Assembly: GCA_003222385.1 (NCBI GenBank)
Contig: QHVV01000113.1
Coordinates: forward strand, 1,352 to 65,351
Length of the DNA stretch: 64,000 bases
Source: Acidobacteriota bacterium
GTDB taxonomy: Bacteria > Acidobacteriota > Thermoanaerobaculia > UBA5066 > Gp7-AA6
Reading direction: 5' to 3'
The translations under genes were made by a program, and so were the position numbers. Of the stretch, positions 56,727 to 64,000 are shown piece by piece. A model generated the notes under the pieces. The model was given only the letters and a program-made list of their open reading frames with translations. It ran no database searches and was not told the origin of the DNA. Numbering within the stretch: position 1 is the stretch's first letter; the number at the start of each line of letters is the position of its first letter.

Positions 56727-58772
56727 GTGACTTCTCGAAGGTGGAGTCTTCTTGCCGTCGCGCTGGTCGGCTCCATGGTCTCGGCTCGTTGCGGGACCAC
56801 GCCCTCCGCGCCCGGCGCGCTGCCCGCAGCGCGCGTTCCCCTTCGGAGCTTCGCGGGCGCCCCCGAAGCCGAGGCCGCCCTGCTCGAGCTCGAAGACCGG
56901 CGGGCGTTCGATCCGTCGATCCTGGAGTCGGCCGCCCGATCGGCCGACCCGGCGGTCCGCGTGCGCGCCGCCCTTGCGCTCGGCCGGATCGGAGACCTTC
57001 GCGGCCGGCCGCTCCTCGTCTCGCTCCTGTCCGACCCTTCTCCCGCCGTGCAGGCGTCGGCCGCGTTCGGAAGCCAGGTCCTGGGGGACCCGTCGCTGAC
57101 GCTCGAGCTCATCCCGCTCCTTTCGAGAAGGGACGTTTCGGTCGAGTCGGCCGCCGCGAAAGCCATCGGTTTCCTGGCGCGCGGCGACGGGCAGGACGCG
57201 CTCGTAGCGGCCGTGGACACCGCCGCGGCGCCGGAGCCGCGCGCAACGATCCTTCGCTCGCTCTGGCGGTTCGCGACCCCCGCGACCGAGGCGGCGGCGC
57301 GCCGTTTCGCGACCGATCCAGACGTGCGTGTGCGCTTCGGAGCGATCTACGCGCTCGCGCGCAAGCCTCTCGAGACTTCGCTTCCGGTTCTGACCGCGAC
57401 CCTCTCCGACTCGGACGCGGACACCGCGGCGTACGCGGCGCGCGCCCTGGGCGTCCTCGGCAAGAAGGAATCGATCCTGCCGCTCTTCGGCGCCTTGAAC
57501 GGCGGCAAGCCGCCTCTCATGACGAACGCGCTCGTCGCCCTCGAAGCCGTTCTGGAAAAGAATCCCGGCTCGACCGCCGGCAAGGAGCGGATCGCCCGCG
57601 TCGTCGCGCTGGCCGGTGACGCCAACCCGAACATCGCCGTACCGGCGTTGACCCTGCTGCGGCAGTTCGCGGGCCGCGACCGCGACGTCTTCCGCCGGCT
57701 CTGGTCGATCGCGACGACGGGGACCGGGCGGCGCCGTCAGGTCGCTCTCCTCTCGGCGACCGCGGTGCTGCGCGACACTGCGTTTCCGACCCTGGAAGCG
57801 GCGGCGAAGTCGCCCGACCCGATCGTGCGCGCGACCGCCGCGGAAGCGGTCGGCTATCTCTCGTTCTCCCGCGCGGCGCCTCTCCGCGCGACGCTCGTTT
57901 CGGATCCGAGCCCGGTCGTACGCGCGGCGGTTCTGTCAGGTCTGACCACGGGCGAAGCGGTCGCCCAGAACCGCGCTGTCATCCATCGTGCCTTGAACGA
58001 CGCGGACGCCGGTGTCCGGGCATCGGCGATCGAAGCGCTCACGCGGTCCGAGGACCCGTCCACCCTGACCGTCCTCTCGGACGCCCTCTCGAAATCGGCC
58101 GGAAGCCGGGAGCCGGACGTGCCGATCGCGGTCATCGCAGCCGCCGAGAAACTCCGCTCGAACCCGGGCGCCCGGGCGATCCTCGAAGCGGCCTATCGAA
58201 GCCAGAACCCGGTCGTTTCGCGCATCGCCCGCCGCTCTCTGCTGAAGAATTTCCGGGCCGATCCGGCGGCCTTTCCACCTTCCGAATTCCGGCCGGCCCG
58301 GTCGGCCGCGGACCGTCTCGGCCTCCTGGCCGAAGCGAAGAAGCCGTGGTCGGCGACAATCGAGACGGCGCGCGGCGCGTTTCGGATCCGCCTCGCGGGC
58401 GCGGCCGCTCCCATCACGGTCATGAACTTCGTCACGCTCGCGCGGCGCAACTTTTTCGACGGCTCGACGGTCCACCGCGTCGTGCCCGGCTTCGTCATCC
58501 AGGACGGCGATCCGACCGGCACGGGCAACGGCGGCCCGGGTTACGAGATCCGCGACGAGCTGAATCCGATCGAGTACGAAGAAGGGACCGTGGGCATGGC
58601 GCTCTCCGGCCCGGATACGGGCGGCAGCCAGTGGTTCGTGACGCAAGCTCGAGAGCCGCACCTGGACGGGATCTATACGGTCTTCGGACAGGTCGTCGCG
58701 GGGCAGGATGTCGTCAACCGCATCGAGCAGGGAGACAGAATCACACGCGTGAGCATCGCGGAAGCTCCGTAG
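56727..58772 (+). CDS. HEAT-repeat protein with a C-terminal cyclophilin-type PPIase
   Basis: Repeated D..VR..AA.ALG units; FFDG...HRVVPGFVIQ.GDP.G.G.GGPG, VGMA..G.DTGGSQWF, HLDG.YTVFG. Confidence 0.9.
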   Translation: MTSRRWSLLAVALVGSMVSARCGTTPSAPGALPAARVPLRSFAGAPEAEAALLELEDRRAFDPSILESAARSADPAVRVRAALALGRIGDLRGRPLLVSLLSDPSPAVQASAAFGSQVLGDPSLTLELIPLLSRRDVSVESAAAKAIGFLARGDGQDALVAAVDTAAAPEPRATILRSLWRFATPATEAAARRFATDPDVRVRFGAIYALARKPLETSLPVLTATLSDSDADTAAYAARALGVLGKKESILPLFGALNGGKPPLMTNALVALEAVLEKNPGSTAGKERIARVVALAGDANPNIAVPALTLLRQFAGRDRDVFRRLWSIATTGTGRRRQVALLSATAVLRDTAFPTLEAAAKSPDPIVRATAAEAVGYLSFSRAAPLRATLVSDPSPVVRAAVLSGLTTGEAVAQNRAVIHRALNDADAGVRASAIEALTRSEDPSTLTVLSDALSKSAGSREPDVPIAVIAAAEKLRSNPGARAILEAAYRSQNPVVSRIARRSLLKNFRADPAAFPPSEFRPARSAADRLGLLAEAKKPWSATIETARGAFRIRLAGAAAPITVMNFVTLARRNFFDGSTVHRVVPGFVIQDGDPTGTGNGGPGYEIRDELNPIEYEEGTVGMALSGPDTGGSQWFVTQAREPHLDGIYTVFGQVVAGQDVVNRIEQGDRITRVSIAEAP

Positions 58773-58789
58773 CTGCCGCGGGTCTCGCC

Positions 58790-58951
58790 GTGTATTCCGT
58801 CGCCCGCGCGCTCCAATTCGCGGGACTCCTGGTGACGGGGATCGCCTTCTTCGACGGCGTGCTCGGCGGCAACGTCCGGCGCGAGCTGGTTCTGCTCGCG
58901 CTCGGCGGAGCGATCTTCGTCTTCGGCCGATGGCTGCAGACCCGCCGCTGA
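58790..58951 (+). CDS. small two-TM membrane protein (53 aa)
   Basis: MYSVARALQFAGLLVTGIAFFDGVLGGNVRRELVLLALGGAIFVFGRWLQTRR fills the intergenic gap. Confidence 0.6.
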   Translation: MYSVARALQFAGLLVTGIAFFDGVLGGNVRRELVLLALGGAIFVFGRWLQTRR

Positions 58952-59003
58952 TAGACTCCGTCGCTCCGAAAGACAGGCCGTCTTCACAGAGAGAGGGGGC
59001 ATC

Positions 59004-60038
59004 GTGGCGACCCGCTCCAGCGAGGATTTCGTTTCCGGGGATCCGGGCGAGCCCGCGGTGGAGGGTGCCCCCGCCGCCGGAGTCGTTCTGGCGACGCGAG
59101 CGCTTCCGGAGCCTTCTCTCTCGACGCTTCTCCCCGAGTTCGACGTTCGTGTGCTCGGATACGGTCCCAACGAGGACGAGCTGGCCGCGGAGATCGAGGA
59201 CGTCGACGCTCTGATTACCCTCGTGTCCGACCCCGTGACCGAGCGGGTGATCGCGAAGGCACGGAAGCTCAAGATCGTCGCGAACTACGCGGTGGGAGTG
59301 AACAACATCGACCGCGCGGCCGCCGCGGCGCGCGGCATCGTCGTGACGAACACGCCCGGCGTGCTGACCGATGCAACGGCGGACCTGACGATGGCGCTCC
59401 TTCTGGCGATCGCCCGGCGGGTGGTCGAGGGGGATCGGATGGTCCGCGCCGGCGGCTTCGCCGGCTGGGCGCCCGACCTCCTCGTGGGGCGGGAGCTCCG
59501 CGGCAAGATCCTCGGGATCGTCGGGCCGGGCCGGATCGGAAGGGCGGTCGCCCGACGGGCGCGCGGTTTCGGCATGACCGTCATCGCGTTCGGCCGATCG
59601 CCGCGCGCCGAAGACGATCCGGAAGATCCGCCGCGGGTCTCCTTCGACGAGCTCCTGCGCCGCTCCGACGTCATTTCGCTCCACGTTCCGCTGAACGAAG
59701 AGACCCGCGGGATGTTCGACCGCGACACCCTCCTCCGGATGAAGCCGGGAAGCCTGCTGATCAACACGGCGCGGGGAGGGTTGATCGACGAGGCCGCCCT
59801 GGTGGTCGCGCTCGAGTCGGGACATCTGGGCGGCGCGGGGCTCGACGTCTACGAGAACGAGCCCGCCGTGCTGCCGGCGCTCCTCGACAGCGATCGGGTG
59901 GTGCTGATGCCGCACGCCGGAAGCGCCACGGCAGAGACCCGGCGGGAAATGGCTCGCATGGTCGTCGAGGACGTTCGGAGGGTGCTCTCCGGCGAGAAGC
60001 CGCTGCGCGCCGTCCCGCCCGAATCGTCCCGACGATGA
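59004..60038 (+). CDS. D-2-hydroxyacid dehydrogenase (glyoxylate reductase / D-glycerate dehydrogenase)
   Basis: NYAVG.NNID, TNTPGVLTDATAD, GPGRIG, INTARG, LDVYENEP, PHAGSAT. Confidence 0.93.
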   Translation: MATRSSEDFVSGDPGEPAVEGAPAAGVVLATRALPEPSLSTLLPEFDVRVLGYGPNEDELAAEIEDVDALITLVSDPVTERVIAKARKLKIVANYAVGVNNIDRAAAAARGIVVTNTPGVLTDATADLTMALLLAIARRVVEGDRMVRAGGFAGWAPDLLVGRELRGKILGIVGPGRIGRAVARRARGFGMTVIAFGRSPRAEDDPEDPPRVSFDELLRRSDVISLHVPLNEETRGMFDRDTLLRMKPGSLLINTARGGLIDEAALVVALESGHLGGAGLDVYENEPAVLPALLDSDRVVLMPHAGSATAETRREMARMVVEDVRRVLSGEKPLRAVPPESSRR

Positions 60039-60334
60039 GACCGCCCGGCGGATTCAGCCCGCTGGAAGCCGCCGCGGACGGCGTCCTGCGCCGGATGTCG
60101 TCCGGAGAAAGCGCGCTCCTTTGGATTCAGGCCCGCTGGCCCCGCATCGTCGGAGAGCCGCTCTCTCGCAAGATCGCGCCGGCCGCGCTGTCCGGCCGAC
60201 GCCTGACGCTCTCGCTGCTCGATCCGTCGTGGCGAAAACCGGTCGAAGCGGCGCTGCCGGAGCTCGAGAAGAAGCTCGCCGTCGAGTTGCCGCGCGTGCG
60301 TCCCTGGGTCGTCCTGCGAAAAGGCGACGCGTGA
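60035..60334 (+). CDS. DUF721 / DciA-like protein
   Basis: W.RIVGE.L.....P.......L.L......W pattern; coupled to both neighbours by 4-bp overlaps. Confidence 0.65.
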   Translation: MRPPGGFSPLEAAADGVLRRMSSGESALLWIQARWPRIVGEPLSRKIAPAALSGRRLTLSLLDPSWRKPVEAALPELEKKLAVELPRVRPWVVLRKGDA

Positions 60335-60717
60335 CCGCACCGGCGGTCCGTCTCGACGGCCTCATGCAGATCGCGATCAACGTGAAGGACGTGGATCGTG
60401 CCACCGCGTTCTACCGCGATACTCTGGGACTCCGGTTTCTCTTCTCCGCTCCGGGTCTGGCGTTCTTCGACGCCGGCGGCGTCCGCCTGATGCTGGTGAA
60501 GGCGGAGAGACCCGAACTCGACCATCCCTCCTCGATCCTCTACTTCCGAGCCGCGGACATCGAGGAGGCGCATCGGGGGCTGGCCGGCCGGGGGGTCGTT
60601 CTCCTGACGAAACCCCACGTCGTTCACCGGGCGGAGGCCTACGACCTGTGGCTCGCGGAGTTCCGCGACACCGAGGAAAACCTGCTCGCGTTGATGAGCG
60701 AAGTTCCACGGAGCTGA
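60331..60717 (+). CDS. VOC (glyoxalase) family protein
   Basis: QIAINVKDVDRATAFYRDTLGL, FFDAGGVRLML, FRDTEEN.LALM. Confidence 0.88.
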   Translation: MTAPAVRLDGLMQIAINVKDVDRATAFYRDTLGLRFLFSAPGLAFFDAGGVRLMLVKAERPELDHPSSILYFRAADIEEAHRGLAGRGVVLLTKPHVVHRAEAYDLWLAEFRDTEENLLALMSEVPRS

Positions 60718-61010
60718 CGGCAGCGGCTCCCTTCTGGCGCCGGATCGACGGCGACATCGAGCTCCGCGTCAAGGTCGTGCCGGGGGCGTCCCGCTCGGAA
60801 ATCGCGGGGATCCTGGGCGACCGCTTGAAAGTTCGCGTCGCCGCGCCGCCCGAAGCGGGGAAGGCGAACCGCGCTCTCCTCGATCTGCTCACGACGTGGC
60901 TCGGTGTCCGCGAAGTCGAGATCGTCGCAGGTCACTCGGCCGCGAAAAAGACGGTTCGGGTGCGGGGCCTGTCGTCGGTTCCCGGCTGGGGCGATTCCGA
61001 AGAGCGCTGA
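60714..61010 (+). CDS. DUF167 / YggU (UPF0235) family protein (start uncertain)
   Basis: LRVKVVPGASRS, LKVRVAAPPEAGKAN, EIVAG..A.KK.V. Confidence 0.82.
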   Translation: MTAAAPFWRRIDGDIELRVKVVPGASRSEIAGILGDRLKVRVAAPPEAGKANRALLDLLTTWLGVREVEIVAGHSAAKKTVRVRGLSSVPGWGDSEER

Positions 61011-61039
61011 GCTATCATCCTGCGAGGAGAAAAAAAACG

Positions 61040-61897
61040 ATGACCGTCCGCCCGACCCGGCTCGGCCCCCGGTTCGTCGCCACCCTCGCTCTCGGAGCGC
61101 TGCTTCTTCTCCCGTCGAGCCGTGCGCTCGCGGGAGGAGCCACGCTTCTCGGTCCGACTCCCTACCTGTCGGTCGCGAACAGTCCCTTCCTGACGGACAT
61201 CAATGCCGGGCACGTTTACGTGGAGACCTTCGAGTGCGGGACGATCACGGTCCCCGGGGTCACGCCGTCCACGGGTCAGGTGATTCCGCCCGGATTCGCC
61301 GGCCTGGTCGACTCGGTCGACGCCGATGACGGCGTGATCGACGGGTCGGGGTTGAACGGCCACTCGTTCTTTTCGGGCAGCGGGGCGACCGGCATCACCT
61401 TCACGTTCGATCAGACGACGCTCGGAGCCTTTCCGACGGAGGCCGGGATCGTGTGGACCGACGGCGGCGGCACGACGACCTTCGAGGCGTTCGACTCGCT
61501 CGGCGCGTCCCTCGGCACGATCGGGCCGGTCGCGATCGCGGACGGCTCGAACGCCGGTACGACCGCGGAGGATCGCTTCTTCGGGGTGCAGTTCGCCGGC
61601 GGCATCTCGGCGATCAAGATCTCGAACACGTCCGGCGGAATCGAAGTGGACCACCTCCAGTACGGGCTGTACCCGTCCGCCGTGGCGCTTCCATGCGGCG
61701 TCGCCTCGCCGACGCCGACCGTGGCCGGGATCGCGACACCGACCCCCACCGCGACGACGGTCGCCGCGACGCCGACGACGACGCCGACCTCGCAGCCCAC
61801 GACCGGAGCCGTAGTCCCGACGCTGTCGTTTCCGATGCTGGCGCTGCTCGGGCTGGCGCTTGCCGGGGCCGCGGTCTGGGTGATCCGGAGACTCTAG
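61040..61897 (+). CDS. secreted protein with an IPTL-CTERM-like sorting signal
   Basis: Signal peptide, PT-rich linker, then VPTLSFPMLALLGLALAGAAVWVIRRL (VPTL + TM + basic tail). Confidence 0.8.
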   Translation: MTVRPTRLGPRFVATLALGALLLLPSSRALAGGATLLGPTPYLSVANSPFLTDINAGHVYVETFECGTITVPGVTPSTGQVIPPGFAGLVDSVDADDGVIDGSGLNGHSFFSGSGATGITFTFDQTTLGAFPTEAGIVWTDGGGTTTFEAFDSLGASLGTIGPVAIADGSNAGTTAEDRFFGVQFAGGISAIKISNTSGGIEVDHLQYGLYPSAVALPCGVASPTPTVAGIATPTPTATTVAATPTTTPTSQPTTGAVVPTLSFPMLALLGLALAGAAVWVIRRL

Positions 61898-61912
61898 AGA
61901 GCGGGGCTCACT

Positions 61913-63226
61913 TCAGGCGTAGAGGCCGCGCACCATGGTGTCGTGCGCGACGCGGGAAATTCCGAGCATGTAGGCCGCGATGCGGTGGCTGACCCCGTAC
62001 TTCTCGGCCATCGTGGAGACGTCCCGGAACGACTGGCACATGATGTCCTCGAGGCGCTCATTGACCTCCTGCTCGCGCCAGAAGAAACCGGCCCGGTCCT
62101 GGACCCACTCGAAGTAGGAGACCGTCACCCCTCCCGCGTTGGCGAGGATGTCGGGGACGACCAGGACGCCCTTCTGGTTCAGAATCTCGTCGGCGCGCTG
62201 CGTGGTCGGGCCGTTGGCTCCCTCGACGATGATCTTCGCCTTGATGTTGGGGGCGTTGCGTCCGCGGATCTGGTTCTCGTTGGCGGCCGGGATCAGAATG
62301 TCGCAGTCGAGCTCGAGGAGGTCGGCGTTGCCGACCCGTTCCACGCCTTGAAATCCCTCGAACGTCCGGTGCTTCTCGTAGTGGGCGACGAGCGCGGTCG
62401 CGTCGAGCCCCTTCGAGTTGAAGATTCCTCCGTTGATGTCGGAGACGGCGATCACGTGCGCGCCCGCCTCGTGGCACATCCGCGCCGCGATCGATCCGAC
62501 GTTGCCGAACCCCTGAACCACGATGCGGCTGCCCGCGAGCGTCAACCCTTTCACCGGAGCGGCCTCGCGGCAGATCAGCATGAGCCCGCGGCCGGTCGCC
62601 TCGATCCGCCCGCGCGAGCCGCCGAGGGTGAGCGGCTTGCCGGTGACCACCGATGTGACGGTGTGCCGGGCGTGCATGGAGTAGGTGTCCATGATCCAGG
62701 CCATCGTCTGCGGGTTCGTCCCCATGTCGGGCGCGGGAACGTCCTTTTCGGGTCCGATCAGGTCCATGATCTCGGCCGTGTAGCGTCGGGTGATCCGCTC
62801 GAGCTCTCCCCGGGAAAGGGACGCGGGGTCGCAGATCACGCCGCCCTTGGCGCCGCCGAAGGGAATGTTCACGACCGCGCATTTCCAGGTCATCCAGGCC
62901 GCGAGGGCCCGGACCTCGTCGAGCGTCACGTTCTTGTCGAATCGGATGCCGCCCTTCCCCGGACCGCGGGCGATGTTGTGGAGAACGCGATACCCGACGA
63001 AGACCTCGATGTGGCCGTCGTCCATGACGATCGGGATCGAGACTTTCGTTTCCCGCACCGGTTCGCGGAGCACTTTGTAGAGACCGGGATCGAGGCCGAG
63101 CCTCTGCGCCGCGACGTCGAATCGCGACATCATTTCGTCGAACGGGCTGGCGGAGTCGATCCCCTGGGGAAGGGTGGACGTGGTGAGCCGGGAGTCGGGC
63201 AACTCGGGTTCCGCGACCTGGTCCAC
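61913..63226 (-). CDS. gdhA: Glu/Leu/Phe/Val dehydrogenase (glutamate dehydrogenase)
   Basis: [63 protein letters not shown]. Confidence 0.94.
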   Translation of the reverse strand: MDQVAEPELPDSRLTTSTLPQGIDSASPFDEMMSRFDVAAQRLGLDPGLYKVLREPVRETKVSIPIVMDDGHIEVFVGYRVLHNIARGPGKGGIRFDKNVTLDEVRALAAWMTWKCAVVNIPFGGAKGGVICDPASLSRGELERITRRYTAEIMDLIGPEKDVPAPDMGTNPQTMAWIMDTYSMHARHTVTSVVTGKPLTLGGSRGRIEATGRGLMLICREAAPVKGLTLAGSRIVVQGFGNVGSIAARMCHEAGAHVIAVSDINGGIFNSKGLDATALVAHYEKHRTFEGFQGVERVGNADLLELDCDILIPAANENQIRGRNAPNIKAKIIVEGANGPTTQRADEILNQKGVLVVPDILANAGGVTVSYFEWVQDRAGFFWREQEVNERLEDIMCQSFRDVSTMAEKYGVSHRIAAYMLGISRVAHDTMVRGLYA

Positions 63227-63356
63227 GGTGACGCTCCTCGGCCGGCTCGAAGCCCGCCTTCGTTAGAATGGGCACCGGATTGTATCCGAGCCTCTCGCGC
63301 GCCCTGCCGGCCTCCGCCTCGATCCGCGGCCGGCGCGGCCGGCTTCCGCCGCGCCC

Positions 63357-63983
63357 GTGACCGAACCGGCTCCTCCGATCCATCCGGTCGCCGGCCGGCC
63401 GGAGCCCGACGGCCTTGGCTCCGACCAGGAGCTCGTCCGGCGGATACTCACGGGCGAAGAATCGCTCTTCGCGCCTCTCGTCCGCCGGTACCAGGCTCGA
63501 GTCGTCGCCCATGTCGCCCGGATGGTCGGGAGCCGGGAGGACGCTCTCGACCTGGCCCAGGAAATCTTCCTGAAAGTGTTCCAGGCGCTCGAGCGATACA
63601 ACCCGGAGTACAAGTTTTCGACGTGGCTCTTCCGGATCGCGGGAAACGCGGCGATCGACCACCTCCGCAAGAGGCGGCCGCGGACGGTTCCGCTCGAAAT
63701 CCCGGACCCCGAGAGCCGGACCGGAGTTTCGGCCGTCGAGCACGAAAGCCCGGGACTCGACCCCTTCGGACGGCTCCGCAACGTGCAGCGGGGGGAGGCC
63801 ATCTCGAAGGCGATCGCCGAGCTTCCGCTGGAGTTCCGAGAGCTGATCACCCTGCGCCATTTTGGCGGCCTGTCCTATGAAGAGATCGCGCGGTTGAAGA
63901 ACATGCCCTTAGGGACGGTCAAGAACAAACTCTTTCGGGCCAGAGTCGTATTGAAGGAACGGTTGGCTGGAGAATTGTCGTGA
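63357..63983 (+). CDS. ECF sigma-70 factor (SigW/RpoE-like)
   Basis: DLAQEIFLKVF, FSTWLFRIA.N..ID.LR, LSYEEIA...P.GTVK..LFRAR. A GTG at 63980 overlapping the stop may start an anti-sigma gene. Confidence 0.93.
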   Translation: MTEPAPPIHPVAGRPEPDGLGSDQELVRRILTGEESLFAPLVRRYQARVVAHVARMVGSREDALDLAQEIFLKVFQALERYNPEYKFSTWLFRIAGNAAIDHLRKRRPRTVPLEIPDPESRTGVSAVEHESPGLDPFGRLRNVQRGEAISKAIAELPLEFRELITLRHFGGLSYEEIARLKNMPLGTVKNKLFRARVVLKERLAGELS

Positions 63984-64000
63984 CGCCCTGTCTTCGCCCC

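Overview
A GC-rich bacterial chromosomal segment, most likely Acidobacteriota (Thermoanaerobaculia-like). This is inferred from the GWxTD/VWA proteins, an IPTL-CTERM protein and the gene order. It is mostly core genome: a beta-CASP MBL hydrolase, a selenocysteine-encoding but frameshifted selD, the glycine cleavage operon gcvT-H-PA-PB, a FakA-FakB fusion, a FadL porin with an SGNH lipase, efp, a fused NfnB/NfnA-like flavoprotein, an aquaporin, a diguanylate cyclase, maf, iscS-mnmA, folK, tgt-yajC-secD-secF-rel, rpmB, a type IVa pilus pilMNOPQ operon followed by two lipoproteins, a TPR protein and an MglC-like roadblock protein, accBC, a thiE-aroK fusion, gdhA and an ECF sigma factor. I saw no rRNA, tRNA, CRISPR array, transposase or phage genes. 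The most unusual signals are: (1) a ComEA/GspK-like helix-hairpin-helix domain inserted in the periplasmic loop of SecF, about 3 kb from the pilus operon; (2) a Ser/Thr kinase-GAF-pseudophosphatase gene abutting a catalytically degenerate PhzF-like gene; (3) a Myxococcus-like pilQ...mglC-accBC arrangement with a lipidated secretin and Ig-rich lipoproteins; (4) several genes with no canonical start codon at the domain boundary, plus apparently leaderless genes. All family calls come from motif recognition by eye, not database searches.
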